Positions 27,765 to 38,358 of a stretch of 64,000 nucleotides of DNA are shown one piece after another (the first letter of the stretch is position 1; every line of letters begins with the position of its first letter). The position numbers and the translations under genes were made by a program. The stretch spans positions 20,648,001 to 20,712,000 of the forward strand of contig NC_058369.1 of assembly GCF_018350175.1 (NCBI RefSeq), given 5' to 3'. The DNA comes from Felis catus. Its lineage: Eukaryota. Under the pieces are notes generated by a model. It did no database searches. It was not told the origin of the DNA and saw only the letters and a list, made by a program, of their open reading frames with translations.

Positions 27765-28165
27765 GAGTGACAGACTTGTGTTCTTTAAAAGTACCTTGGC
27801 TGCTGTGCGGAGAATGGACTGTAGGGGGCAGAAGTGAAGCGGGGGAGGTGTGGGGGGGCTGGTGCCGTCTTCTCCGTGGTGCCACTGGAGAGTGGGGGAA
27901 CCTGGAACCCAGCCAGGGCAGCCGGTATGGGGAAGAGTGGATCAGTAGACTGGACTTGGGATGCAGAAGATGAGGGAGGAGAGGGAGGCCAGGTGGCCCC
28001 TAAATTTTTGGCTTGAACGTCTGGATGAATGCTGGTACTGTTCACAGAAGTGGGGAAGGTTGGGAGGGACAGGGCTTTTATTGCTTTGCTTTGAGGAGGC
28101 CAACGATCCAGATGTTTCTGTTTGGATGCATTAAATGTGACACGCCTGTGGGACATCCAAAATGA
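27765..28165 (-). mobile_element. LINE-2 fragment (antisense)
   Basis: 'ggctgctgtgcggagaatggactg...tttttggcttgaac...tgtttggatgcattaaatgtgacacgcctgtgggacatccaa'. Confidence 0.6.
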
Positions 28166-28214
28166 GTCGGGCGTTTCCTCCTGACAACTTTTCCCTCTTC
28201 CCCTCTCCCCCTCC

Positions 28215-28770
28215 ACAGTTCATCTCCACGCAGCAGTGGGACCGGAGGGCACGGTTAAAGACACAAATCAGACCTTGTCATTGAAAGTCTTCCAAGGCCT
28301 CCTCTTGCATTTGGAAAGAAACTCTTTACTTCCCCTAACCCTGGCAGTCTTCTCCATATCATTCACTTCTCTCCAAACCCATGGACTTTTTTCCTTTCCT
28401 GCCAAGTACAAATGCTTGTTCTGACTTCAAGGCCTTTGCACTTACTATCCTCTCTGACTGGACTACCTTCTCCCTGGACTATGCTCTTTGGATGGTGTGC
28501 TTTCTTGGAGAGGTCTCCCAAAGACTGCCCACCCTATCTAAAATAGATACACTCTACTCCATCTCCTCAGTTATTCTGTGTCCTCTCATTCTCTTTGCTT
28601 CCTTCATAGAACTTTCCAGACTCTAATTATGTTCTATATTTACTTGTGTACGTGTCCACTGGCACAAGTGCCATGAGTTCAGGACTGGTTTGGTCACTGT
28701 TACTTCCCCATTGCTTGACATAGGACTTGATGTAGAACAGGAACTTAATAAACCCCTGCTGAATGGATGT
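28215..28770 (+). mobile_element. LINE-2 (L2a-like) 3' end
   Basis: 'aggcctttgcactt...accctatctaaaatag...ttccttcatagaactt...aataaacccctgctgaatggatg' L2 3' terminus. Confidence 0.7.
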
Positions 28771-29164
28771 TCTTTGGCAAGGTGGTTTCACGGAGTGACA
28801 GGAGCATATTGCAGAGAGTTGGGGGGTGAAGGGGGAAAGGAAGATGTGGACATCTGCTCGGGACTTAGTTTTGCCAGGTTGTTATAACAGTGGCAGAGCA
28901 AGCAGTGAGCAGAGAGCCGTAGTCTGACAGGGGAGGCAGATTCAAAGACAGGTGATGGCCATGCATTAACATTGGAGCTGCTATAGGGATTGGCCCAGGG
29001 TGAAATCCCAGCTGCCTGTCAAAGGGGGAGCTGTGACAAGAGTGGGGAGCTTTGATTGATCTGGGACTTGTTCAGGAGCCAAAAGGGAACATGACCTAGA
29101 GCCACTTGCCTGCCATGCCTTTCAATAGGCAAGATGGTAGGGCCAGCCTTATGTATAGGGATAG

Positions 29165-29374
29165 TTCCCTCCTTCTTCCTTCCTCCCTCCCCCCTCCCTT
29201 CTTCTCTCCCTCCCTTCATCCTTCCCTCCCTTCTTCCCTTCCTCCCCTCCCCTCTTCACCCCTCCCTCACCTCCGTCTCTCTTTCTCCCTCTCCCTCTCC
29301 CTCCCTCCCTCCCTCCCTCCCTCCCTCCCTCCTTCCTCCCTCCCTCCCTTCCTTTCTTTCTCTCATTCTTTTTC
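29165..29374 (+). repeat. About 210 bp polypyrimidine/polypurine (CCCT/CCTT)n tract
   Basis: Almost exclusively C/T on the + strand. Confidence 0.9.
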
Positions 29375-29508
29375 CGTGAAAGCTCTTTTGTGACAATTGT
29401 ATTCATTCAGTCATAATTCATGGACATCCTTCCCTGTTCATGAAAATCCTTTGTGGTCCTATTTTATTTTGCTCATTTGAAAACATTATTGGTGTGTATG
29501 TGTTGGGG

Positions 29509-29665
29509 GGGGCACCTGGGTGGCTCAGTTGGTTAAGTATCTGACTTTGGCTTAGGTCATGATCTTGCAGTTTGTGGGTTTGAGTCCCGCATCAGGCTCT
29601 GCATTGACATTGAGGAGCCTACTTGGAATTCTCTCTCTCCCCCTCTCTCTGCTCCTGTCCTGCTT

Positions 29666-29723
<58 letters not shown>

Positions 29724-29758
29724 TTCAAAATAAATAAATAAACTAAAAAAAAAAAAAA
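29509..29758 (+). mobile_element. Can-SINE (feliform SINEC_Fc-like) with (CT)n and poly(A) tail
   Basis: ggggcacctgggtggctcagttggttaag (A box), gggtttgagtcccg (B box), long (CT)n, AATAAA repeats, A14. Confidence 0.93.
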
Positions 29759-29765
29759 GGAATAT

Positions 29766-29969
29766 GGGACTCCTGGGTGGCTCAGTTGGTTGAGCATCCG
29801 ACTTTGGTTCAGGTCATGATCTTATGGTTCACATGAGTTCAAGCCTCATGTTGGTCTCACTACTGTCAGCACAGAGCCTGCTTTGGATCCTCTGTCCCCC
29901 TCTCTCTTCCCCTCCCCTGCTCACACTCTCTCAAAAATAAATAAGCATTTTTTTAATTAAAAAAAAAAA
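29766..29969 (+). mobile_element. Can-SINE (SINEC_Fc-like)
   Basis: gggactcctgggtggctcagttggttgagcatccgact...gagttcaagcc...ctctctcaaaaataaataa...poly(A). Confidence 0.92.
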
Positions 29970-29988
29970 CCTTTAAAAATATTATTCT

Positions 29989-30103
29989 GGGGCTGGCTCA
30001 GAAGAGTGTATGACGCTTGGTATAGGGCTTGTGAGTTCAAGCCCCACATTGGGCGTAGAGAGTACTTAAAATAAATAAGTAAATAAGCAACAACAAAAAA
30101 AAA
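29989..30103 (+). mobile_element. Short older Can-SINE lacking the CT tract
   Basis: ggggctggctcag...gtgagttcaagccccacattgggcgtagagagtacttaaaataaataa. Confidence 0.85.
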
Positions 30104-33100
30104 CCCCCACCACAACAATGCATTATTCTGAAAGAGGTCAATAAACATCACCAGATGCCAAAGGAGTCTCTGACACAAAAAAGGTGAAAAATGTAACCTT
30201 TCCTCCAAGGTTGACACACTTCCACCCTCTATGAATGAGCAGCTCTTGCCCCATTTCAGGTCAATGTGGAGGCCTGGGTCCACCTTCCATCCTCAGTGGC
30301 CTAGCTTAGGGCAGAGCCGTTAGCTAGACTCAGCGGAGTGTCTATCAACCAGGCCCCTTGCCGATGCCTTGGGCACAAGCTGGAGAGGGGAGGCCTAGAT
30401 AAACCTTGCACTGGACGAGGCTGGATGTGACCCACCTGAACCACGTGGCCTCCAGTGGCATTGTCTTGCCCAGGCCTTGTCCAGAGCCACAGTCCAAGTA
30501 GGATCCAGTAGGGCCCATTCACCAAAGTAACAGGATTGGAGACATCTGGGATTATTTTTGCTGTGCCTGGCACAGGTCCAGGTGCATGTGGGGGCCTGAT
30601 AAGTATTTGAGGAATTAAATGTACACACTTCACAAACCCAGGCAGATGGCAGAATCAAGAGGCAAGAAGCCAATCAGCCTGAAGGGATTTCACAGGGATA
30701 AGAGTCAGCTCTTTGACCAGGTCAGATCTCTGCTCTCTAAGCTTCATTCTGAGTGTAACCTGGGGACAAACACAGTAATTGCTCCACAGGGTGACAGTGG
30801 ATAATTTGAGTAAAGCACTGAACACTGTGCTGAGTACACATTAGGTGCTCAATCATTGTCAGTCTCATTTATGCTTTTTTCCCCACAAGGCCTCTGGAGA
30901 GGGGGAGAAGGCTCAGGGAAAGAATGTCAGAGGCAAGTGAATGCTAAAAATGAGGACAGGATCCAAGGGAGGGTCAGGCTGGAGGGAAGGGACAGTTCTC
31001 AGGGGTCCAGATTCCCCTCAGGCTAGAGTCCCCTCAGTTCCAGAGGGACAGGGACCCCCAGTGTACCAGATAAGAGGGACTGTGGGTGGGTTATCAGAAA
31101 CCAGGATGTTCTCTCTGTAGAAGACTGGGGGGGGGGCACAGAAGAGGAGCCCCCCTGAGCGGTGGCTTTGGATCTGCTTAGAAATTCCCAAGTGAGAGGC
31201 CACCTAGCTCTATGTGGCCACAGAAGGCAAAGCTGTGACCGAGGAAGGCCAATACCAGCTCCATGGATGAGGATTATTTCAGATCAATCAGAATTTCCTC
31301 CGAACTATGGAGCAGTGAGTTCCCAGAAGCAGTGAGCTCTCTTGTACAAGAGGTATGCAAGCAGTGATTTAATTACTGAAGATGAGGATGAAGCATGGGA
31401 TAGAGGGTTGGAGAATATAACCTTTAAGTTCACTTATCTCTGGGAGTCTGGGATTCAAAGTTCCTGAAGAAGGAAAGGTGGTGGGCAGCGTGTGACGCCA
31501 GCGTGGGGCTCGGGGCCTGGCAGGAAAAGAGAGGACAGATCAAGCAGAGGCTTGGAGGTGCAGCCCATCCCTCAGGTCACTGGGTATGTCTTCAACAGCC
31601 CCAGGCCACCGATTTTCCCTCTGGGGGGGCCTCTGGCCCCGGAGTGCTGCAGTGTCCCCAGCCAGGAATGTGAGCCTGCTATCCGCACGGGGGCAGCACG
31701 GGCCCACGAATGGAATGGTGCTGCAGCTGGTAGGCTGGGGCTCCCTCTCATGGGAACCCTTTGAGCCTCCAGTCCCTCTCTCCCTCTCTCTGTCCCTCTC
31801 TCTCTTTCTCTCTTTCACACGCCCACCCCCCCCCACACACACCCACCCACACACACTACTTTTCCACCCACCTCCACCTGTGGATCAAGCCTCTATCTGC
31901 CATTCTTGGCAGGTGCTCCGGGGTAGGTTGGGTCCCCCTGGCCCCATCAAGAGCCTGGTGGTGATGGGGGATGGGTGGGTGTCTTCCCCGAAGAGAGTTC
32001 AGGGTAGAGAAAACGAAGCCTGTGGGGACCGCCCCTGTTGGTCTACCTGAGAGTTATAGGAAGCCACAGTTTGGGCATCAGGTGGGCTTGGGTTCAAATC
32101 AGACTGCCACTCACCAGCAGAGTGACTTCACATTTCTGAGCCTCAGTTTCCTCATCTGTAACAGTGCGGGAGAGCATCACCCAGTGCTGAGCAGGAGGAA
32201 AGCCTCCCAGGGCCTGGATGTGCATTCATGAGACCGCCTGGCAGCCTTGGGGGCTGATGGGGCGTTCATTACCATATTTCACAGATGGAGAGAGGGGAGT
32301 CTTTGGGCATGACTTGCTAGAGGTCCCACAGCAAAATGGAGGGCTGCCATAGTCCAGACGCCCAGCGGGACCCGGAAGAGCATGGGATGGTGTATGCCTG
32401 GTGAGGCCATAGAGGGAGCCCTGTGATGCTGACTCCCACCCCTCAGGTGATCTGGGAGAAGCCCTTGGCCTCTAAGGTCAACAGATGCTCTGAGTGGGAG
32501 CATCCTCAGTGCTAGCCCCTGCCTCTGCTCAGACTCACTCACCCAGAACAGGCCTAGAAAGGAGGGCGTGTTGATGATGGTGGCAGTGACCCTGGGAGGA
32601 GGCAGGGGTCAGCCAGCCTCAGGCGGGCAGAGGCAGGCAGGATGTGAATGGAGGAGAAGCTCAGTGCCTCAAAGAACTGACTTGCTGGGCATGGAGGGGG
32701 AGTAGGTGCGTGTGAGGGGGTTGGACAGGGCAAGACTGCATCCCCGAGTGGCTCCCCCCACTCCCACCCCGCCTCTGAGGTGGAAAACACAAAACAGCCA
32801 AGGGGACTCCTTTTTAACAAAGAGGGTCTGAAAAGGAAGAATGAAGCAGGGGGCTGGGAGGGACCCTTTCCTTTCCCTCCCCAGCAGCTTCCAGGGAGTC
32901 AGCAATGTCATTGCTATGGCAACCGCAGCCCCTCCAGCTCCCCTTTCTCCTTTACCCCGTCCTGACTGGATGCCCACTGTCCCAGCCCAAGCTAAAGAGA
33001 GGCCTGGGGTGGGGGGAGCATCTTACTGTCGGGCTGAAGGACAGATAGGCCATGAGGGCCACAGGAGGGTTGTAAGCCAGGGGGTGGGGTGGGGGAGGTC

Positions 33101-36100
33101 TAGGGGAGGCTCTTGACTTGCCCTTGTCTGCTTCCCATTTAGTCCTTTAGTAAACTCCCCTCCAAGGGCCCAGTGCATCATGGACGAAATGAGGGAGAAG
33201 GAAGCCCACCCCTGTTTAGGGAGGCACAAGGGACACCAGAAGAGGAGCTGGGGATCTGAGGAACAGCATAGCCAGGAGGGCTGAGGTCCCATCAAATGCC
33301 CCCTTATCAAGAAGGGCTTGTGGACATAGACACTGCCCTTTCTAAGCTGTGTCCCTGGGTAAATCACCCAACTTCCTAGCGGCTACCCCTTACTCCCCTT
33401 CTGCCCCCATTCCATGTAAAATGGGGTCAGCCATGCAGGCTGGGGGAGATTCTAGTGATGCAGCAAAGAGAAAGGATGACCTCTCCAGGAGATCTGTGGA
33501 TGGACCCTGGGAGGCCCTGAGCTTAAAACCGTTTATGTCTGCTGGGCCGTAGCTGTGGCCACGATCACCAGGAGCATCTACTGTGCACAGAGCCTGGAGG
33601 ACTGGGTGGAGAGGAAGATGTAGGCACAGAACACCAGAATGCAGAACAGAGAGGGTCCATCCAGGCCAGGAGCCTCTAGGGGTTGGAGGAAGGACCTGGA
33701 AGTCTTCCTGGGGGAGGAGGCATGCTGTTGGCTGGAAGGTAGGCCGTGAAAGATCAGGCAGGAGTGGGGAGGGGACGGGAAGGGGGCAGGGAGCTCTCTG
33801 GCAGGAGACCCCAGCTGATCCGGGCCTCCCTGACCTGTACCCTCAAAGTCCAAGGGCCTGGCCCACAGTGGGCATCCTTGCCTTCCCAGCACACAGCCCT
33901 AAGTCCAGGCCTCAGCAGAGAGAGGGGTGCCCTGCTGAGGTCTGGAGCCAGGAGCTTTTCACTGCTCATCACCGGTCCTCACCACACCCTCAGAGCGGCT
34001 TCCCTTGTTGCTCCCATGTTGCAGATAGGGAAACTGAGGCTGAGAAAGGTGAAGTGACTTGCCCAGGGTCACCAACTTCTTCTCCTCTGTCAAAGCCACT
34101 CTTGGAAGGTCTTCTGGGCTTGGACCCTGCCTGAGACTCTCACACTGGTGACAGGTTGGGAAAAGGAGAGCGATGCCTCACCTGAGGAGGGAGTCAGTGA
34201 TAGAGCGTGCTCTGGCATCCACAGAAAGTAGCAGAGAGTGGAGGGCCTATCTCATCCCCCCAGAATAACATTGGTGCGTCCTTCCTTTCTGTGTCTATCG
34301 CACACTTGTTCATCAGCTGGCCGTCACATTCTCAGGCACCCCCAGCCCATCCACTGGTGAAAGTTCAAGAGTACGATCCAGATCTTGCCTGACACATAGC
34401 AGCTGGGTGAGCTTGAGCAAATACTGAACCCCCTGTGGCTCAGTGACCCCTCCTGTAAGATGAGGATGAGGACACTACCTACTTGACAGGTTGTGGTGAG
34501 GCTTCAGGGACCCATTCCTACCACGCACTTACCGGGGTCTGGCCGCGATCTCTATCCTGCTGAGACCAGGCTTGAAGCAGCCAGAGGCCAGGCAGGCACT
34601 ATGGGGGTCCTTCCCTACCCCCCAGATCTTTTCTGGAAATAGGGAAGCTGCCCACCCCCAGGGTGCCCTGTCCAGAGGGAGATGGGAGAGCAGGGATGCC
34701 CTGGGATACCCTCCTCACCTTGGGCCGGGATGGTGGGGGCGGGGCCAGGAGAGGGCGGGCTGAGGAGCTGCTGCGGAGTGGGGGTGGCTATGAGGGGCAT
34801 GTGAGATGAGATCCCCACCACTCCTGGCAATGAGGCCCCAGCTCTGGGAGCCGGTGGCGGGTGAGAGCCCAGTGGTCCTCACTGGGCCTGTCTCTGCACG
34901 GCTGCCCATCTGGCACGGGCCTGGCCGCACTGGTTTTAATCGTTTTCCACAAGCAGCTCCTGGAGGTGCGGGGGCGGCTTCCCCTTGACTTGCCTCTCCT
35001 GGAGGATGAGGCTTGGCTAAAAATAACTTGAATTGCTGTGCTCCCACCCTGGCGGGAGGAGGGGCCTGGGGGCTGCGGGGGTGGGAATGTGGCAGCAGCC
35101 TGGAGAGGGGGTTCCCTGAGAGAAGACGGAGCAAAGTAGTGCCGGTAGGTGGGAAGGGGTGCAGGACGGTGCAGGGAATGTGGCCCTTTCTCACCCACTT
35201 CCCCGGGGGCCTGTTCTGGAGCACAGTATTTATGGAGCAGAGCTGGGGACCAAGGCTGGCCTGACCCCTGGACTTGCATCATGGAGGGAGACCAGCCTGG
35301 CCGACATGGTGGCAGCGGGCTCCTTCCAGCACCAGAGTCTGTTTGGAGGAGATCCCCCACATACTGTCAGGGCAGGAGCCCCCTCCACTAGCTCCTGCCC
35401 AGACAGGGGCTTGGATCTGGGCTCCAGTTCCCTATTTCTCCCTTCCCTGCCTTGTGACACTGAGTCTCATATGAAAACTGGGGGAAATGCAAAATTAAGC
35501 ACTTGACTCCTGGGCCTGCCGAGGCCTCTCCTAATCCCACTTCCTCCATCAGGCTGGAGAGTTGGGCTCCCCATCACCCCCTTGGTGCAGGGCTGAGAAA
35601 GACCATCCTCAGAGCAGGTGGGGGCTGTGTCAGAATCCAGGAGGAGAGATTCTTGATACCCTGGGGTAGACAAGAGTTGGGTAGGCGTGGCGCATACAAG
35701 AAGATTCCACCAGTGAACATCTCTCAAGAGTCCACAGGATACCAAGTACTATTGATACTGGAGGGGATGCAGGCCTGAGCAAGACAGACAGGAATCCCAG
35801 GCCTCACGTTGCTTACAGTCTTACAAGGCAAATTTCATTCCCCTTTTTGTATTGTTTGGTAGGTCACCAGTGTCCATTATATCATTATGCATTGCCATTT
35901 CCAGATATTCCTTTACGTTAAACAGATATTATGTTTAAACAGATAAATAAGGAATAAACACAAATTTAATTTCTCTCTCCCTCAAAAAAAAAAAAATCCC
36001 AAAGTGGGTGAGCTCCAGAGGCTGACCTACTCTCTTTGCCTCCTCTCACTGATATTCCATCACATTCATCTAAAAGGAATCCCCTTCTGCACTCCTATCC

Positions 36101-36406
36101 CCCCTCCAATTTCCGATCCCAGTTGAAAGTCCCACAAGGTCACTGTCTCACTCATTGGAAGGCAAGGGTCAGATTTGGTTTGGAGTGCCAGATTGGTATG
36201 TGGGGTAGGATACCTGACCTTTGGGAGAGCCAGAGCCAGTTGGGAAGATAAAATGCAATGGAGAGAAGTACAGAACCTGGGAAAAATCTCTCCCTTGGCC
36301 CAGGGCTTTTGTACTATATTAATAGAAGCAGAAAATGCAGAAGGGGGGAGGTTAACATGTATGCCCTGTCTCAAGCTCTTGATCTCTACCTGGGGAGCTC
36401 AGTCTG

Positions 36407-36486
36407 CCATCCATCCATCCATCCATCCATCCATCCACTCATCGGTCCACCTATTCATACATCTATACATCATCCAACCAACCATC
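36407..36486 (+). repeat. (CATC)n microsatellite, continuing degenerately at 36975-37035 after the LTR
   Basis: ccatccatccatccatccatccatcca... Confidence 0.8.
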
Positions 36487-36974
36487 TATGGTAGACAGAA
36501 TAATGACCCTCAAAAATGCCTACATTCTAATCTCCAGACTCTGTGAATATGTTACTTAACACGGCAAAAGGGAATTAAGATTATGGATGGAATTAAGGTG
36601 GTTAATCAGCTGACCTTAAAATAGGGAGATTATCCTGGATTATCTGAGTGGACCCAATGAAATCACAAGGTTCCTTAAGGGTGGAAGAGGGAATCAGAAG
36701 ACAGAACACGATGGCAGCATTGCTGGCTCTAAAGATAAAGGAATGGAACCCAAAGACAAGGAGAATGAACAGCCTCTAGAAGCCGGAAAAGTGAGAAAGT
36801 GGAATGTCCCCTGGAACCTTCAGAAGGAACACAGCTCTGTCAACACGTTGATTTTAGTCTAATGAGATCCAGTTCAGATATCTAACCTCTAGAACTATAA
36901 GATAATAGATTTGTGTTGATTTATGCCATTAAGTTTGTGGTAATTTGTTAGAACAGAGATAGGAAACTAATACA
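36487..36974 (+). mobile_element. MaLR solo LTR (MLT1D-like)
   Basis: Begins tatggtagacagaataatg; contains 'tgtgaatatgttac', 'gagattatcctggattatc', 'cagcctctagaagc'; ends 'ggaaactaataca'; flanked by ccatc/tcatc (degenerate 5-bp TSD). Confidence 0.88.
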
Positions 36975-38238
36975 TCATCTAATGATCCAATCCATCAGGC
37001 AACCAAATATCCACCCATTTATCTATCTGTCCCTCCAACCAACCATCCATCCATTTATTTAACAAATATTCACGTTAAAGGAGTGTCCCCAACTGTGGGA
37101 GAAAACAGTTGCCACCTTCCAGGAGCTCCCCATCCCCTGAGGGAGACGAACATAGGGTTTCCATCCAGGACCCTCAGTGCTACCGTGGTGGAACACAAAG
37201 GCATTCGGGAAGGATTATGGGAGGACTCATGGCTTGATGGCTGGCAGTAGCAGGAACAGGAGAGGAAGCCCTACAAGACAAGAGTCTGCAGGGTTGGGTG
37301 ACTATTTGTGTGCCTGAGTGTGTGTGTGTGTGTCATGGCGCTCTGACTCTCAGGGAGCAGCTGGCAGGAGCCTGGGGCCCCACATCCCTACAGTGGTTGC
37401 CACCCAGAAAATTAATGTGTTTACCAGGAAAGGCCTGGGTAGCCATGGCAATTAGCGTTGTGGAGCACAGGGCAGTCACACCAGTGACTGTCAGCAAACC
37501 CAGACCAGTGGAAAGGGATGGAGAGGAAGGGGCTTCAGCTGCTTTGCCCCCCAGGCTCTGCTGCAGCTTTTGACCTCCAGCCACACCGAGTCTCATGCTA
37601 CAAGAAGCTCACAAAGCCTCCTGGCCACTTTTTCATGGCTCCCATTTCAGCCTCATGGGAAAGATGGCAAAACTGAGGCTCAGGGGAGGGCAGTCAAGGG
37701 CACACGCCTAGAAGGGGCACCGCTGGGCCCCAACCCTTGTTTGGCTCCAGATATTCTCTGCAGAGTGAGTGCATCCCCATTTCCCCGGCTTGGAAAGGTG
37801 GTTTCCCACAAGACTCAGAATGGGGCCGGTGAAGGAGCACGGCTCCAGGGAGTCAGGACACCTGGCTTCAAAGCTAAGGCGAAGGTGGCAAGTTCAGGTT
37901 AAGCCCACACTTGGGAGTCCCCAGGCCAGGGCTTCACCTATGACCAGACCTATGACCTGTGGGCTCCCTGAGGTCCATCTTGATGCTTCTGTCTCCTGGG
38001 CCCTGGCACACAATGCAGCACCTGCTGGAGAAATACATTGTTCCTTGAATGCCCAGCTCTGCTTGCTGCTGTGTGTGCGGCCTCAGGGAGGTGACTGGTT
38101 GGCCGAACCTCAGTTACTGCATCTATAAAGTGGGATGATCATATCAGTTCTTGGGAGGACTCAGCATGTGTGTAAAATACCCAGCACATACCATACCATC
38201 CTTGCTGCAGTACTGATTATATGAAATATTCTGCTCCT

Positions 38239-38358
38239 GGGTGCCTGGATGGCCCAGTCGGTAGAGCATGTGACTCTTGATCTCATGTTGTAAGTTTGAG
38301 CCCCACGTTGGGTGTAGAGGTTACATAAAAATAAAATCTTAAAAAAAAAAAAAAAAAA
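38239..38358 (+). mobile_element. Short Can-SINE with poly(A) tail and degenerate TSD
   Basis: gggtgcctggatggcccagtcggtagagcatgtgactcttgatctc...A18. Flanks gaaatattctgctcct / gaaaaattctactctt (13/16 identical). Confidence 0.9.

Larger units (their letters stand above)
29440..30192 (-). mobile_element. hAT-Charlie DNA transposon fossil (Charlie4a-like end), split by three SINE insertions
   Basis: Left piece 'cctttgtggtcctattttattttgctcatttgaaaacattatt' continues into right piece 'ctgaaagaggtcaataaacatcaccagatgccaaaggagtctctgacacaaaaaaggtgaa'. Subfamily from memory. Confidence 0.55.

Noticed and set aside
29509..29600. tRNA-like A and B boxes
   Set aside because: They are the tRNA-derived heads of Can-SINEs, followed by (CT)n and poly(A), not tRNA genes.
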